Part shown: piece after piece, positions 27,978-37,688 of the stretch | Numbering within the stretch: the stretch's first letter is position 1 | How the letters are laid out: each line of letters begins with the position of its first letter | From: Verrucomicrobiaceae bacterium | GTDB taxonomy: Bacteria; Verrucomicrobiota; Verrucomicrobiia; Verrucomicrobiales; Akkermansiaceae | DNA: 64,000 bases | Assembly: GCA_051252135.1 (NCBI GenBank) | Contig: JBPOGH010000005.1 | Coordinates: 64,001-128,000 of the forward strand | Reading direction: 5' to 3' | Made by a program: the position numbers and the translations under genes | The notes under the pieces: generated by a model | Databases searched by the model: none | What the model was told of the DNA's origin: nothing | The model's input: the letters and a program-made list of their open reading frames with translations, nothing else

Positions 27978-28706
27978 CTACCTCATCCACGCAAGGAACT
28001 CCACGTTCCCATCCGTCCCCGTAATAGGAGAAGTAATCACGCCAAGCCATTCCCTCCCCAACTCCTCCGTAATGAAGGTCCTGATTTTATCCACCGCCTT
28101 TTGATGACCTTCCGGATCCCGCACAATCCCTCCCTTCCCCACTTCCTCCCGTGACAATTCAAACTGCGGTTTAATCAACGAAATCACCGACCCTCCTTCC
28201 TCCAAAATCCCAAACGCCGAGGGCAGCACCTTCGTCAGGGAAATAAACGAAAGATCCATCACCACCAATTTCACCCGCTCCCCGATATCCTCCACCACCA
28301 GATTGCGCGCATTGAATCGCTCTTTGGAAATCACCCGCTCATCGCTCCGCAATTTCCAAACCAATTGGTTCGTCCCCACATCAATCGCGTGAACCCGGAT
28401 CGCGCCATGCTGCAACAAACAATCGGTGAACCCTCCCGTCGAAGCACCCAAATCCGCACACACCCACCCGCCCGGATCAATCCCAAAATCCTTGAGCGCA
28501 CCCTCCATCTTAAAGCCTCCACGCCCCACATATCTCGGGCGCTCCTTCACCGTCAGCACCACCTCATCGGTCATCTTCTGGCTCGGCTTGGAAACCCGCT
28601 CGGTTCCCGCCATCACCTCTCCCGCCATGATTAGACGCTTCGCCTGCTCACGCGAATCGCAAAGACCACGCGCCACCAAAAGGGAATCGACCCGTTCCTT
28701 CGCCAT
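27978..28706 (-). CDS. tlyA: TlyA family RNA 2'-O-methyltransferase (S4 + FtsJ)
   Basis: YVGRGGFK, DLGASTGGFTD.LLQ.GA, DLSFISL, LIKPQFE, SPITG..GN.EFL. Confidence 0.95.
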   Translation of the reverse strand: MAKERVDSLLVARGLCDSREQAKRLIMAGEVMAGTERVSKPSQKMTDEVVLTVKERPRYVGRGGFKMEGALKDFGIDPGGWVCADLGASTGGFTDCLLQHGAIRVHAIDVGTNQLVWKLRSDERVISKERFNARNLVVEDIGERVKLVVMDLSFISLTKVLPSAFGILEEGGSVISLIKPQFELSREEVGKGGIVRDPEGHQKAVDKIRTFITEELGREWLGVITSPITGTDGNVEFLAWMR

Positions 28707-29836
28707 CAGCTCTCAATTTCAGCGTCATTCACCGCATTAATCAACAGACGCAGACGACCAAAGTCACGCCGCTTGTGACGGAACTTAAGCCGATACAAAT
28801 CATCAAACTCCGGCTCGCTTTCCTCTTCCTCCAGAGCCTCACACTTCTCGATTTTCCCAACCTTGATGATATCCGCAAATTCGTCACTCAACTTCGCCAC
28901 CGCCGCATCCGTCGGATTGGAACTCAAGCGCATCACCAGCTGATCACCCACATATCGGTAGGAATGAAACACCTTGTAGAAATGAACAATCTCTTCCACC
29001 GCTTCATCCACATCATCAGTCACCTTGAAAAGATGAAAATCAGTATCTGAAATTAGCCCCAGCCGGGACAGGTGCTCCGTAATAAATTGATTCCACGCCT
29101 TCCAGTACGTCCCACCCTTTGAATCGAGGCAAACCACCGGATAAACCGTCACCTTTCCCGTCTGGATCAATGTCAGAGCCTCGAAGACCTCATCCATCGT
29201 CCCAAATCCCCCCGGCATCCCCACCGCCGCATGCGCCTCCTTCACAAAGGCCAACTTGCGCGTGAAGAAAAAGTTGTAATCGATTAGCTTCGGATCCCCC
29301 GCAATGAACGGATTCGCCGCCGCCTCAAAAGGCAGCGTGATATTCAGTCCAAAACTATGATCACGCGTCGCCCCCTCATTACCGGCCGCCATAATTCCCG
29401 GCCCCGCTCCCGTGATTGTCATGAACCCCGCCTCCTTCATCTTATGGGCAAATGCCACCCCCGTCACATACTCCGGCTCATCAGCCCTCGTTCGTGCCGA
29501 TCCAAAGAGCGACACCTTGCGAATATTTCGGTATGGGTGAAATACCTCGTTGGACTCCCTCATTTCACGGAGAGCCCGGTTCGCTAATTTAAAATCACCA
29601 ATCTCGGTATTCCCCCGCGCCATCCGCACCGCCGTCGTAAACATCTCCGCCAACAAACAGCTGTCACTCACACTCGCCAGCTCGCTCGCCAACAACATGA
29701 TCTTCTCATCCAGATCACGCTGACCGGTAGATCCTACAAAAGAACAGGCCACGTTGGAGACCACGCCTCCCGTAAAATCTCCCCGCTTGGGAATCTTGCT
29801 GCTCTTGGCCCGTTTCGATCGTCCATTTTTCGGCAT
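28706..29836 (-). CDS. LOG family (TIGR00730-like) protein
   Basis: FGSAR, ITGAGPGIM.AGN.GA, FFTRK, PGGFGTMDE.FE.LTL.QTGK. Confidence 0.9.
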   Translation of the reverse strand: MPKNGRSKRAKSSKIPKRGDFTGGVVSNVACSFVGSTGQRDLDEKIMLLASELASVSDSCLLAEMFTTAVRMARGNTEIGDFKLANRALREMRESNEVFHPYRNIRKVSLFGSARTRADEPEYVTGVAFAHKMKEAGFMTITGAGPGIMAAGNEGATRDHSFGLNITLPFEAAANPFIAGDPKLIDYNFFFTRKLAFVKEAHAAVGMPGGFGTMDEVFEALTLIQTGKVTVYPVVCLDSKGGTYWKAWNQFITEHLSRLGLISDTDFHLFKVTDDVDEAVEEIVHFYKVFHSYRYVGDQLVMRLSSNPTDAAVAKLSDEFADIIKVGKIEKCEALEEEESEPEFDDLYRLKFRHKRRDFGRLRLLINAVNDAEIES

Positions 29837-29915
29837 AGCCTACTCTGGACCCATTTCTTTCTCCTGACAAACCTCCACTCTTGAAAAGTCCGCCCTGCCG
29901 GACCACCTTTCCCCC

Positions 29916-30971
29916 GTGCCACAGACAAATACCGACGACCTCCGCATCGCAGGAATTGATCCCCTCATCTCTCCCGCGGTCCTTTCCTACTACCTTCCCA
30001 TGACCGAGAAGGCCGCCACCGTCGTGTCTGATGCGCGCCGCCAGGCCGAAGATATCCTCTCCGGAAAGGACGATCGCCTCCTCGTCGTCGTCGGCCCCTG
30101 CTCCATTCACGACCCCTCCGCCGCCCTCGAATACGCCCAACTCCTCAAGGACGCCGCCGACCGCTATCAGGATGACCTCCAGATCATCATGCGTGTCTAC
30201 TTCGAAAAGCCGCGCACCACCGTCGGCTGGAAAGGCCTCATCAACGATCCCCACCTTGATGATTCATTCGACATCAACCGCGGCCTCCGCTTCGCCCGCG
30301 AACTCCTCCTCCAGCTCGCCGAGATGGGCATGCCCGCCGGAACCGAATTCCTCGATGCCATCTCCCCGCAATATGTCGCGGACCTCATCTCATGGGGAGC
30401 CATCGGCGCCCGCACCACCGAATCTCAGGTCCACCGCGAACTCGCCTCCGGACTCTCCATGCCCGTCGGCTTCAAAAACGGCACCGGCGGATCCATCCAG
30501 ATCGCCCTCGACGCCCTCGGTGCATCCTCACAGCCGCACCACTTTCTCTCCGTCACCAAACAAGGCGTCTCCGCCATTGTCACCACCACCGGTAACAAGG
30601 CCTGCCATCTCATCCTCCGGGGCGGAAAGGGCGGCCCCAACTACTCCCGCGAAGCCATCGGGGAAGTCACCGCCCTCCTCCGCAAGAACAACCTTCCCGA
30701 GCAACTCATGATCGACTGCTCACACGGCAACTCCAACAAGGACTACCGCAACCAACCCCTCGTCGCCGCCGACCTCTGCGAGCAAATGTCAAACGGAGCC
30801 AAAGACATCGCCTCCGTCATGATCGAGTCCAACCTCGTCGAAGGAAACCAAAAGATCTCCGACAACATGACCTACGGCCAATCCGTCACCGATGCCTGCA
30901 TCAACTGGCAAACCACCGAGGCCGTCCTCGAATCCTTCGCCGACGCCGTCCGTAAACGCCGTAAGGCCTAG
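29916..30971 (+). CDS. aroG: 3-deoxy-7-phosphoheptulonate synthase (class I-alpha)
   Basis: GPCSIHD, MRVYFEKPRTTVGWKG, IGARTTESQVHRE, DCSHGNS, YGQSVTDAC. Confidence 0.95.
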   Translation: MPQTNTDDLRIAGIDPLISPAVLSYYLPMTEKAATVVSDARRQAEDILSGKDDRLLVVVGPCSIHDPSAALEYAQLLKDAADRYQDDLQIIMRVYFEKPRTTVGWKGLINDPHLDDSFDINRGLRFARELLLQLAEMGMPAGTEFLDAISPQYVADLISWGAIGARTTESQVHRELASGLSMPVGFKNGTGGSIQIALDALGASSQPHHFLSVTKQGVSAIVTTTGNKACHLILRGGKGGPNYSREAIGEVTALLRKNNLPEQLMIDCSHGNSNKDYRNQPLVAADLCEQMSNGAKDIASVMIESNLVEGNQKISDNMTYGQSVTDACINWQTTEAVLESFADAVRKRRKA

Positions 30972-31049
30972 GACCATCCGCATCAGCGCATTCCAAAGAT
31001 TGCGTTCAGCTCACTTGCCGCCTCACTGATTGAAGCGGTATCAGGTTAC

Positions 31050-31089
31050 AAAAAAGCCGCGGACCGCACTAGGCAGGCCGTGGCTTTTC
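31050..31089. terminator. Bidirectional intrinsic terminator
   Basis: AAAAAAGCCGCGG...CCGTGGCTTTT between convergent genes. Confidence 0.7.
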
Positions 31090-31115
31090 TGAACAAACAA
31101 CAATGAAAAATCTTA

Positions 31116-31967
31116 CTAACTGCCGGCAAAGACAATCAATCCGATCACAAGAGCAACACCCAGAGCAACGTTCACCCAGAGTGTCCGCTTCTGAATCTTA
31201 AGCACCGTGGCCGAGTGCTCGGCTTCGGTCTTCGACATCTTCTCCACCAATTCCTCGTAGCGCTTGGCAGACTTTTTGGTCTCCTGCTGCATCTCCCCCA
31301 TCGCGGCCCTTACGCCGCTCAAGACACCTTTGAGACCATCGATCGCCGTGATCGACTTCTCGTTCGTCTGCTGGAGGGAACCAAGCGTTCCATCAACCCG
31401 GTCCAGAGACTTGATCATCAAATCATCCCGCTTCCCCACAGATGCCAAATGGGTGCTCACCTGATCAAGGGCACCACTGACCTGCTCCGTGCTTCTGGTC
31501 AACGCCTCAATATTCTCCATCGGAATCGGAGGAAGAATATCCGTGGACTTAAATTCAATCGTGCGATCTTTCGTCTCTTCAAGTGCGCGACAAATGCTGT
31601 CAACAGAGTTGAGCAACTCGTTGTGGCGGGTCTCAAGATGATCCTTCTCGGTAAGCTTGCGCTCAAGGGGACGCTTAATATCCACTTTGGTTTTCGCAAC
31701 CGGCTTCACCGCCTCCTTGGCCACCTTGTCCTGGACAACCTTCTCGTCCTGCTTGGAACCTCCCCAAAATTTCCACCACGACTTCTTCTCCTCCGTGGAT
31801 TTACTCACCTTCACCGAAGACGCCTTTTTGTCGTCCTTGCTCCCAACCTTCATCGCGGGCTTGGGAACGACCTCTTTTCCTGAGTCCTCGTTTAAAAAAC
31901 CGACACTGGCTGGAGCAATCGCTACACCCCCTGATTGACCTGTTGCTGATTGAAACGGATTTTCCAT
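31116..31967 (-). CDS. Hypothetical tail-anchored coiled-coil protein
   Basis: Long ORF with helical heptads, a WWKFW motif and a C-terminal hydrophobic helix. Confidence 0.75.
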   Translation of the reverse strand: MENPFQSATGQSGGVAIAPASVGFLNEDSGKEVVPKPAMKVGSKDDKKASSVKVSKSTEEKKSWWKFWGGSKQDEKVVQDKVAKEAVKPVAKTKVDIKRPLERKLTEKDHLETRHNELLNSVDSICRALEETKDRTIEFKSTDILPPIPMENIEALTRSTEQVSGALDQVSTHLASVGKRDDLMIKSLDRVDGTLGSLQQTNEKSITAIDGLKGVLSGVRAAMGEMQQETKKSAKRYEELVEKMSKTEAEHSATVLKIQKRTLWVNVALGVALVIGLIVFAGS

Positions 31968-32081
31968 AACTTCAATAGAGTATTAACTTTTCTTAACTAA
32001 TCAACCTCAGACGCCATTTTTTCGTCAAATACTTCTCCCTACGCACTTGATTGATCCCCTCCACCCCATGAGACTCCCGCC

Positions 32082-33434
32082 ATGTGGAAGGGCCGATTCT
32101 CTCAAGCTACCGCCGATCTCGTTCAACAATATGGTGAATCAATCTCCTACGACTGGAGATTGTATCCCCACGATGTCGCAGGTTCCATCGCCCATGCTCG
32201 GGCTCAGGTAAACGCCTCCTTACTTACTGAGGATGAATTCCTTAAGATCGAATCCGGACTTCGTGAAATCGAGAAGGAAATCGCCGCCGGAAACTTCGAA
32301 TTCTCCATCGAGCTCGAAGATATTCACATGAATATCGAATCGGCCCTCACCAAAAGAATCGGTGCTGCCGGAGGCAAACTTCACACCGCTCGCTCTCGAA
32401 ATGATCAGGTGGCCACCGACACCCGCCTCTACTGCCGGACCGCCATCGATGAGCTCATTTCCCTCATTTCCGGTCTCCAGGGCGCCCTGTTGAGCCAATG
32501 CGAACTCAACTCCGACACCGTCGTGCCGGGCTACACCCACCTTCAGCGGGGCCAACCTGTCACCGTCGGTCACCATCTCCTCGCCTACGTCGAAATGCTG
32601 GCCCGGGACAAAGACCGCCTCGCCGACACCCGCAAGCGCCTCAACATCTCCCCTCTCGGATCCGGAGCCCTCGCCGGTTCCACCATCAATCTCGACCGCG
32701 AAGCCATCGCCAAAGAACTCGGCTTCGATGGCGTCACCACCAACTCGATGGACGCCATCTCGGATCGCGACTATATCGCCGAGCTCCTCTTCAACCTCAG
32801 CCTTTGCGGCGCTCACCTCTCACGCCTGTCCGAAGACCTCATCCTCTGGTGCAGCAGCGAGTTTGGATTCGCCACTCTATCCGATGCCCACACCACCGGA
32901 TCCTCGCTCATGCCTCAGAAGAAAAACCCCGATGTCTGCGAACTCACTCGCGGAAAAACCGGGCGCCTCTATGGCAATCTCGTCTCCATTCTCACCGCCA
33001 TCAAAGGCCTCCCTCTCACCTACAATCGGGACCTTCAGGAAGACAAGGAACCCCTCTTCGACTCCATCGACACCATGGTCCTCGCCCTCAAGGTGAATAC
33101 CGAAATGATCGCCGAAATGTCGATCAACAAGGAAAACTGCGAAGCAGCCGCAAGCGATCCCCTGCTCCTCGCCACTGATCTTGCCGACTGGCTTGTCAAG
33201 GAAGGCATCCCCTTCCGTTCGGCCCACGAACTCGTCGGAAAAGCCGTCGCCGCTTCGGTCAATCAAGGCATCCCGCTCGATCAACTCGACCTCACACAAG
33301 TCGACTCTGCCTTCACCGCGGATGCCTCCACCGTCTTCTCACTGCGCAAGGCCCTCGCCGCACGCACCAATCCGGGCGCTCCCTCGATCGTAAATGTTCA
33401 GGCTCAAATCGCCCGCTGGCAGAACGCCCTCTAA
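32082..33434 (+). CDS. argH: Argininosuccinate lyase
   Basis: MWKGRF, EDIH, KLHTARSRNDQV, PGYTHLQ, GSSLMPQKKNPD, YNRDLQEDKE. Confidence 0.98.
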   Translation: MWKGRFSQATADLVQQYGESISYDWRLYPHDVAGSIAHARAQVNASLLTEDEFLKIESGLREIEKEIAAGNFEFSIELEDIHMNIESALTKRIGAAGGKLHTARSRNDQVATDTRLYCRTAIDELISLISGLQGALLSQCELNSDTVVPGYTHLQRGQPVTVGHHLLAYVEMLARDKDRLADTRKRLNISPLGSGALAGSTINLDREAIAKELGFDGVTTNSMDAISDRDYIAELLFNLSLCGAHLSRLSEDLILWCSSEFGFATLSDAHTTGSSLMPQKKNPDVCELTRGKTGRLYGNLVSILTAIKGLPLTYNRDLQEDKEPLFDSIDTMVLALKVNTEMIAEMSINKENCEAAASDPLLLATDLADWLVKEGIPFRSAHELVGKAVAASVNQGIPLDQLDLTQVDSAFTADASTVFSLRKALAARTNPGAPSIVNVQAQIARWQNAL

Positions 33435-36400
33435 AACTCCATCGCGTAAATCACCCGGTAGTAGCGTTGCCCCGCTACTGAGGGATGGACCCGGCTTCCA
33501 CCGTCGCCCGCGTCGGTGACCACCAGCTCACCGTTGGCCGGCACTGTCAGGTCTTCTACAAGAATGTTCCAGTCACTCAAATTGTGACTCCACTGCACCG
33601 AGTGCTTGCGTCCCTGAAGCGCATCAAAGCGAATCTCACTCTCCCCCGTGACCAGAGATCTCACGCTGGTCTTGGGAGCCTTTTCAAAATCCAAAAGACG
33701 GGGACTCAGTCCGAAAATATACTCCTCCAGATTCGTGAGGGAATCACCGTCGTAGTCTCCCGCACCACCATGGACTCCAAAAGGATTGGTCGGCTGAAGC
33801 CCGTTCTGACTCTCCCACACATCCGGTAAATCGTCATTATCGTTATCGGCAAGTGAGGTCTGGGCCGCCTTCACCAATTCCGTATCGGAAAGAACCACCG
33901 ATCCCCGGCGATGCACCGCGCGCACATGATGGAGGAAGTCCGGATTGCCATTGTAGAGATTGGGAAAGGTAAACGATACCGCATGCTCCGTGGCATTGAC
34001 ATCACGCTCCAGCGCCAGACGGGTCGGACTTTGCAACACCTCGTTCTCCGCCGATCCACTTACCGTGCTCCCGATCAACACCTCCACCTCGGCCAAAAAC
34101 TGCGCATCGCTCATCCCGCTGGTGAGCAGCTCCTTCTTGAAGAAAAACTTCATCTGCCACCCTTCCTGCCAGACCTCGCCTGGCCCACCCGGAATTCCAA
34201 TGTTCCAGTTCGTTGAACTCCCCGTGGTCACACTCCGCGTCAAGGTCGTAAACCAACCCGCCTCATCACTGAGATCATTGTTGGTGGACGAACTCGCCTC
34301 GCGCAAGCGCACCTCAATATTCGCCGTCCCGGTGTCGGGTATGTCGACATACTCAAAACGCCATTCTTTCTCCCAATCACTGTCCCTCAAAAAACTCGTC
34401 GCATTCTGCAGCGTCGCGTCCTGCCACGCACTCGTCCCCTCGATATTGTGAACCACCCGAAACTGCACCCCGGTCACACTCGCATCAGTCAGCACCACCG
34501 AGCCATATCCCGAACCGGCCACCGTGTCGCCTTCCCGCGGAAAGGCCACCGTCCCTCCGGGCTTCTCCACATCGTAGTAGAACGTCTGGGTATTCGTCTT
34601 AAAAATCGATGATCCGTCGGTCCGCTTCACGAACGACCGCGTCCGCAACACATGAAACCCCTCCTCCAGCCCCACCGCCTTCTCACCATAATCATTGTGC
34701 ACATGATAGTCCGCCGTCTCGGCATTGAAGCCCGATACTTCAAAAATCGTCTCCATCCGCTTCGAGATCGTAATATCCTGCTCACTCCACGGGAATCGGT
34801 CGGATACCACATTCTTGTGCCCCCCGATCTTATAACGCACCACCGTCCCGGCCGTCTGTGCCGGAAGAGTCGCCGTCCACCAGGTCGTCTGCCCCGTCCC
34901 GTCATTCTCACCGTTGGAATGGAAGGAAAAATCAACCACCTGCGTCACCCCTTTCCCCACTCCTCCACTCCCTTCGGGAAACGTCGTTCCATCCACGGTG
35001 TAATAAAAATGGAGCTCATCAATGCTATCCGCATATCCCACCTTCGCCCAGATCGTGACCGCCTGCCCCGACGCATCCTGTGCCGCCGGAGTAAACTGCG
35101 GAGGATTCCCCGCCAGCGGATTTCCTCCCGCCGGATCATGATAAATCCAGGTCGCCGTATTCGTCGAGGAATTGGGGCCATCCCCGTTTCCAATCGTCAC
35201 CCCGGCCGAACCAATCGTCATCTCGTAAGACTCACTCCCGATCGAACCGATCACATTTCGGGTCGTGTTCTTCGCCGCAAATTTCTCACTCACCCGACTC
35301 ACAAAACTCATCTGCTCATAGCCCAGGTAAGTATCGATCGACGTCTGGTTCACCGAATCCCCTGGGTCCTTCTGATCGTCATTCCGACCCGGGGCAAAGT
35401 CACGCTTCTCGCCCGTTGTCGGCCCGATGTTCATCTGTGAGTTGATGTCCACCCCGCCATTCAGACGCATCAAAATATTGTCCGTCGTCCCGTCCGAGCG
35501 AGCCCGAAATGTCAGATTCGAACCATCCGTCACCCGGGGAATGTAGCGCACATACGACCGGTCGCTGTCATCGCTGTCCGAAAGCCCGTCCGGATTGAAA
35601 TCCGCATCACCGTCCGGCCCGTCTGTCCGACGATGGGCCATAAAGCCGGACCGCACTCCACCCTCGTAAATCTCAATCGGCTGACGTTCCCCCGTGATGC
35701 CGTCATCCCACACATTCGGCATCTCCGGCACCCGCCACGAAAAGGCGTAGTAACCTCCCGAAGGAACTCCCACCACCCCACCATTCAAATCCCGAATCTT
35801 CCCATCGGGCTGAACCTGCACATAAAACGCCCCACCGTGCGGAGAGTAATTGCGAAGCCGCGCTCCCGTCGGAAACGAGGTCGTAATATCCCCTCGCGAA
35901 TGATACCCGCCCAAATAGTTTCGTGCCATCATCACCAGCAAGGTCGCACCATTCCAGGCTCCCTCTTTCCGCTCACGCTCATCAATCCTTTCCCATGCTG
36001 CAAAGTCTCCGTCACTCCATTTGCCCACCTGCGAACCGCGCGCAAAATCCCGGTGAACCGATAACGCCGCCGGCATAAAGTTCTGCCCGAACTGCCCCAG
36101 AAACGGGATATACGAAGGCTTCGGAAAATAATCCGGCTCCCCCGCCACGTGGTATCCATCCGTGTACACAATCGAAACTCCTTCCTTCATTAGCATCCAC
36201 GCATGGGCCTGCTCGCGATCATCACTAAAAAGGTGATTGTTGTCATGGCTCATCACGTAGCTCATCGACTGCGACGCATTCCCGTTGTAATGCCCCCAGC
36301 CCCCTTCATGCATGCCATTCATATCCCCGCCAATGCTCCCCTTCACCGCATTCAACATCCCGTCGCTCGCAATCCGCATGCCCGAGTTCAAATACCCTTC

Positions 36401-37642
36401 AAATCCCGGAGGGCCTCCCAAATGCTCCCCGTATAAAAGAGCATCATCCCGCGCCTGATATTCGGTATTGAAAACAGAATCACGATGATTGTTCCAGTCA
36501 CTGTATCCGCGGCTCAAATTAAACTGTTCCTGAATCGCCCCATTGTAACCCCAATTGACATAGTCCTTGTCCGCTCCCGTTTGCTTTCCAAAAAAGGAGT
36601 TCGGCACATGCTTCACCGCATCAAGACGGAAGCCGTCCGGCTTGGCCGTATCAACAAACCAACGCACCGCCCGATAAAGCATCGCGTTCACATCCTCCGC
36701 CACCGGATCACCCATATTATAAACCCCGTCCCCAAATCCCCACTGCGCCGTCTGCCGCCATGACACCGTGGGATCGACCCCCGTATCATCAAAAGGCTCC
36801 GACGCCTCACCCACATCATGCTGACCATTGCCGTTCGTATCCGTCCAATCAAACCGGCCGTTCCCCTCTCCCAAATCATCCGTGTCAGCCACCCCGTCAA
36901 TACCCAGGTCCTGATACGGCTCCCGATCGGCGAACGGATGCATCGTCTCCCCCGTCTGCGGATTAGTCACACTGAGATCGCGATCCTGATAGCGCTCCGA
37001 CATCCCCGGATGCCGGACTCCACTCCACTTCGCATACTGGCTGGCCTCCTGCAAACCGGTGGCATCAAACGATAGGTTCACCCCATTCTCATTCGCAATA
37101 TCCCAGGCAAACGGGTTCCGGTTCAACACCTGCCACTCGTCATTCCAATCCGGCCAATCCGCAAATTTCTGCCAACCCGTTCCATTCCACCCGATATGAA
37201 AATCCTCCGGCACGAACCCCGGGACATTCGGAAAGAGCTCACCCGGCTGCGTCCCCGGATCCAAATATCCCGCATTGTGAGCCATCACATTATCAAAATA
37301 AACCCGAATCCCGAAACGGTGCGCCATTTCCATCAATCGCAATAAATCCGCCTTGGAACCATACTTCGTCGGCAAGGAGCCCGACTGGTCAATATCCCCC
37401 AGGTCAAACCGGTCAAAGGTATCAAAACCCACCGAGTACGCGCCCGCACCCGCTTTGAATGGAGGCGGCAGCCAGAGAGAATCATACCCCGCCTCCGCCA
37501 ACTCGGGCAGACGGGCCTCGATCTCCTTCCACGGCGTGTTGAAATATTGCAAAACCACCTCCGCGCGGGTCACCCCCGAAAACATCAGGGTGGCAAATAG
37601 CGTGGTGCGTAAAAAGCTCATGGCGGTAGATAAGACTCCCAT
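33431..37642 (-). CDS. Large secreted alpha-amylase-family (GH13) protein
   Basis: LQYF, LWLPPP, FDLGD......TKYG, DGFRLDAVKH, YGE, SHDN. The start may be 37621. Confidence 0.85.
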   Translation of the reverse strand: MGVLSTAMSFLRTTLFATLMFSGVTRAEVVLQYFNTPWKEIEARLPELAEAGYDSLWLPPPFKAGAGAYSVGFDTFDRFDLGDIDQSGSLPTKYGSKADLLRLMEMAHRFGIRVYFDNVMAHNAGYLDPGTQPGELFPNVPGFVPEDFHIGWNGTGWQKFADWPDWNDEWQVLNRNPFAWDIANENGVNLSFDATGLQEASQYAKWSGVRHPGMSERYQDRDLSVTNPQTGETMHPFADREPYQDLGIDGVADTDDLGEGNGRFDWTDTNGNGQHDVGEASEPFDDTGVDPTVSWRQTAQWGFGDGVYNMGDPVAEDVNAMLYRAVRWFVDTAKPDGFRLDAVKHVPNSFFGKQTGADKDYVNWGYNGAIQEQFNLSRGYSDWNNHRDSVFNTEYQARDDALLYGEHLGGPPGFEGYLNSGMRIASDGMLNAVKGSIGGDMNGMHEGGWGHYNGNASQSMSYVMSHDNNHLFSDDREQAHAWMLMKEGVSIVYTDGYHVAGEPDYFPKPSYIPFLGQFGQNFMPAALSVHRDFARGSQVGKWSDGDFAAWERIDERERKEGAWNGATLLVMMARNYLGGYHSRGDITTSFPTGARLRNYSPHGGAFYVQVQPDGKIRDLNGGVVGVPSGGYYAFSWRVPEMPNVWDDGITGERQPIEIYEGGVRSGFMAHRRTDGPDGDADFNPDGLSDSDDSDRSYVRYIPRVTDGSNLTFRARSDGTTDNILMRLNGGVDINSQMNIGPTTGEKRDFAPGRNDDQKDPGDSVNQTSIDTYLGYEQMSFVSRVSEKFAAKNTTRNVIGSIGSESYEMTIGSAGVTIGNGDGPNSSTNTATWIYHDPAGGNPLAGNPPQFTPAAQDASGQAVTIWAKVGYADSIDELHFYYTVDGTTFPEGSGGVGKGVTQVVDFSFHSNGENDGTGQTTWWTATLPAQTAGTVVRYKIGGHKNVVSDRFPWSEQDITISKRMETIFEVSGFNAETADYHVHNDYGEKAVGLEEGFHVLRTRSFVKRTDGSSIFKTNTQTFYYDVEKPGGTVAFPREGDTVAGSGYGSVVLTDASVTGVQFRVVHNIEGTSAWQDATLQNATSFLRDSDWEKEWRFEYVDIPDTGTANIEVRLREASSSTNNDLSDEAGWFTTLTRSVTTGSSTNWNIGIPGGPGEVWQEGWQMKFFFKKELLTSGMSDAQFLAEVEVLIGSTVSGSAENEVLQSPTRLALERDVNATEHAVSFTFPNLYNGNPDFLHHVRAVHRRGSVVLSDTELVKAAQTSLADNDNDDLPDVWESQNGLQPTNPFGVHGGAGDYDGDSLTNLEEYIFGLSPRLLDFEKAPKTSVRSLVTGESEIRFDALQGRKHSVQWSHNLSDWNILVEDLTVPANGELVVTDAGDGGSRVHPSVAGQRYYRVIYAMEF

Positions 37643-37688
37643 CTCACCTCCTTATGTCAAACTTCACCGATACGTTGCCTGACTTCGC

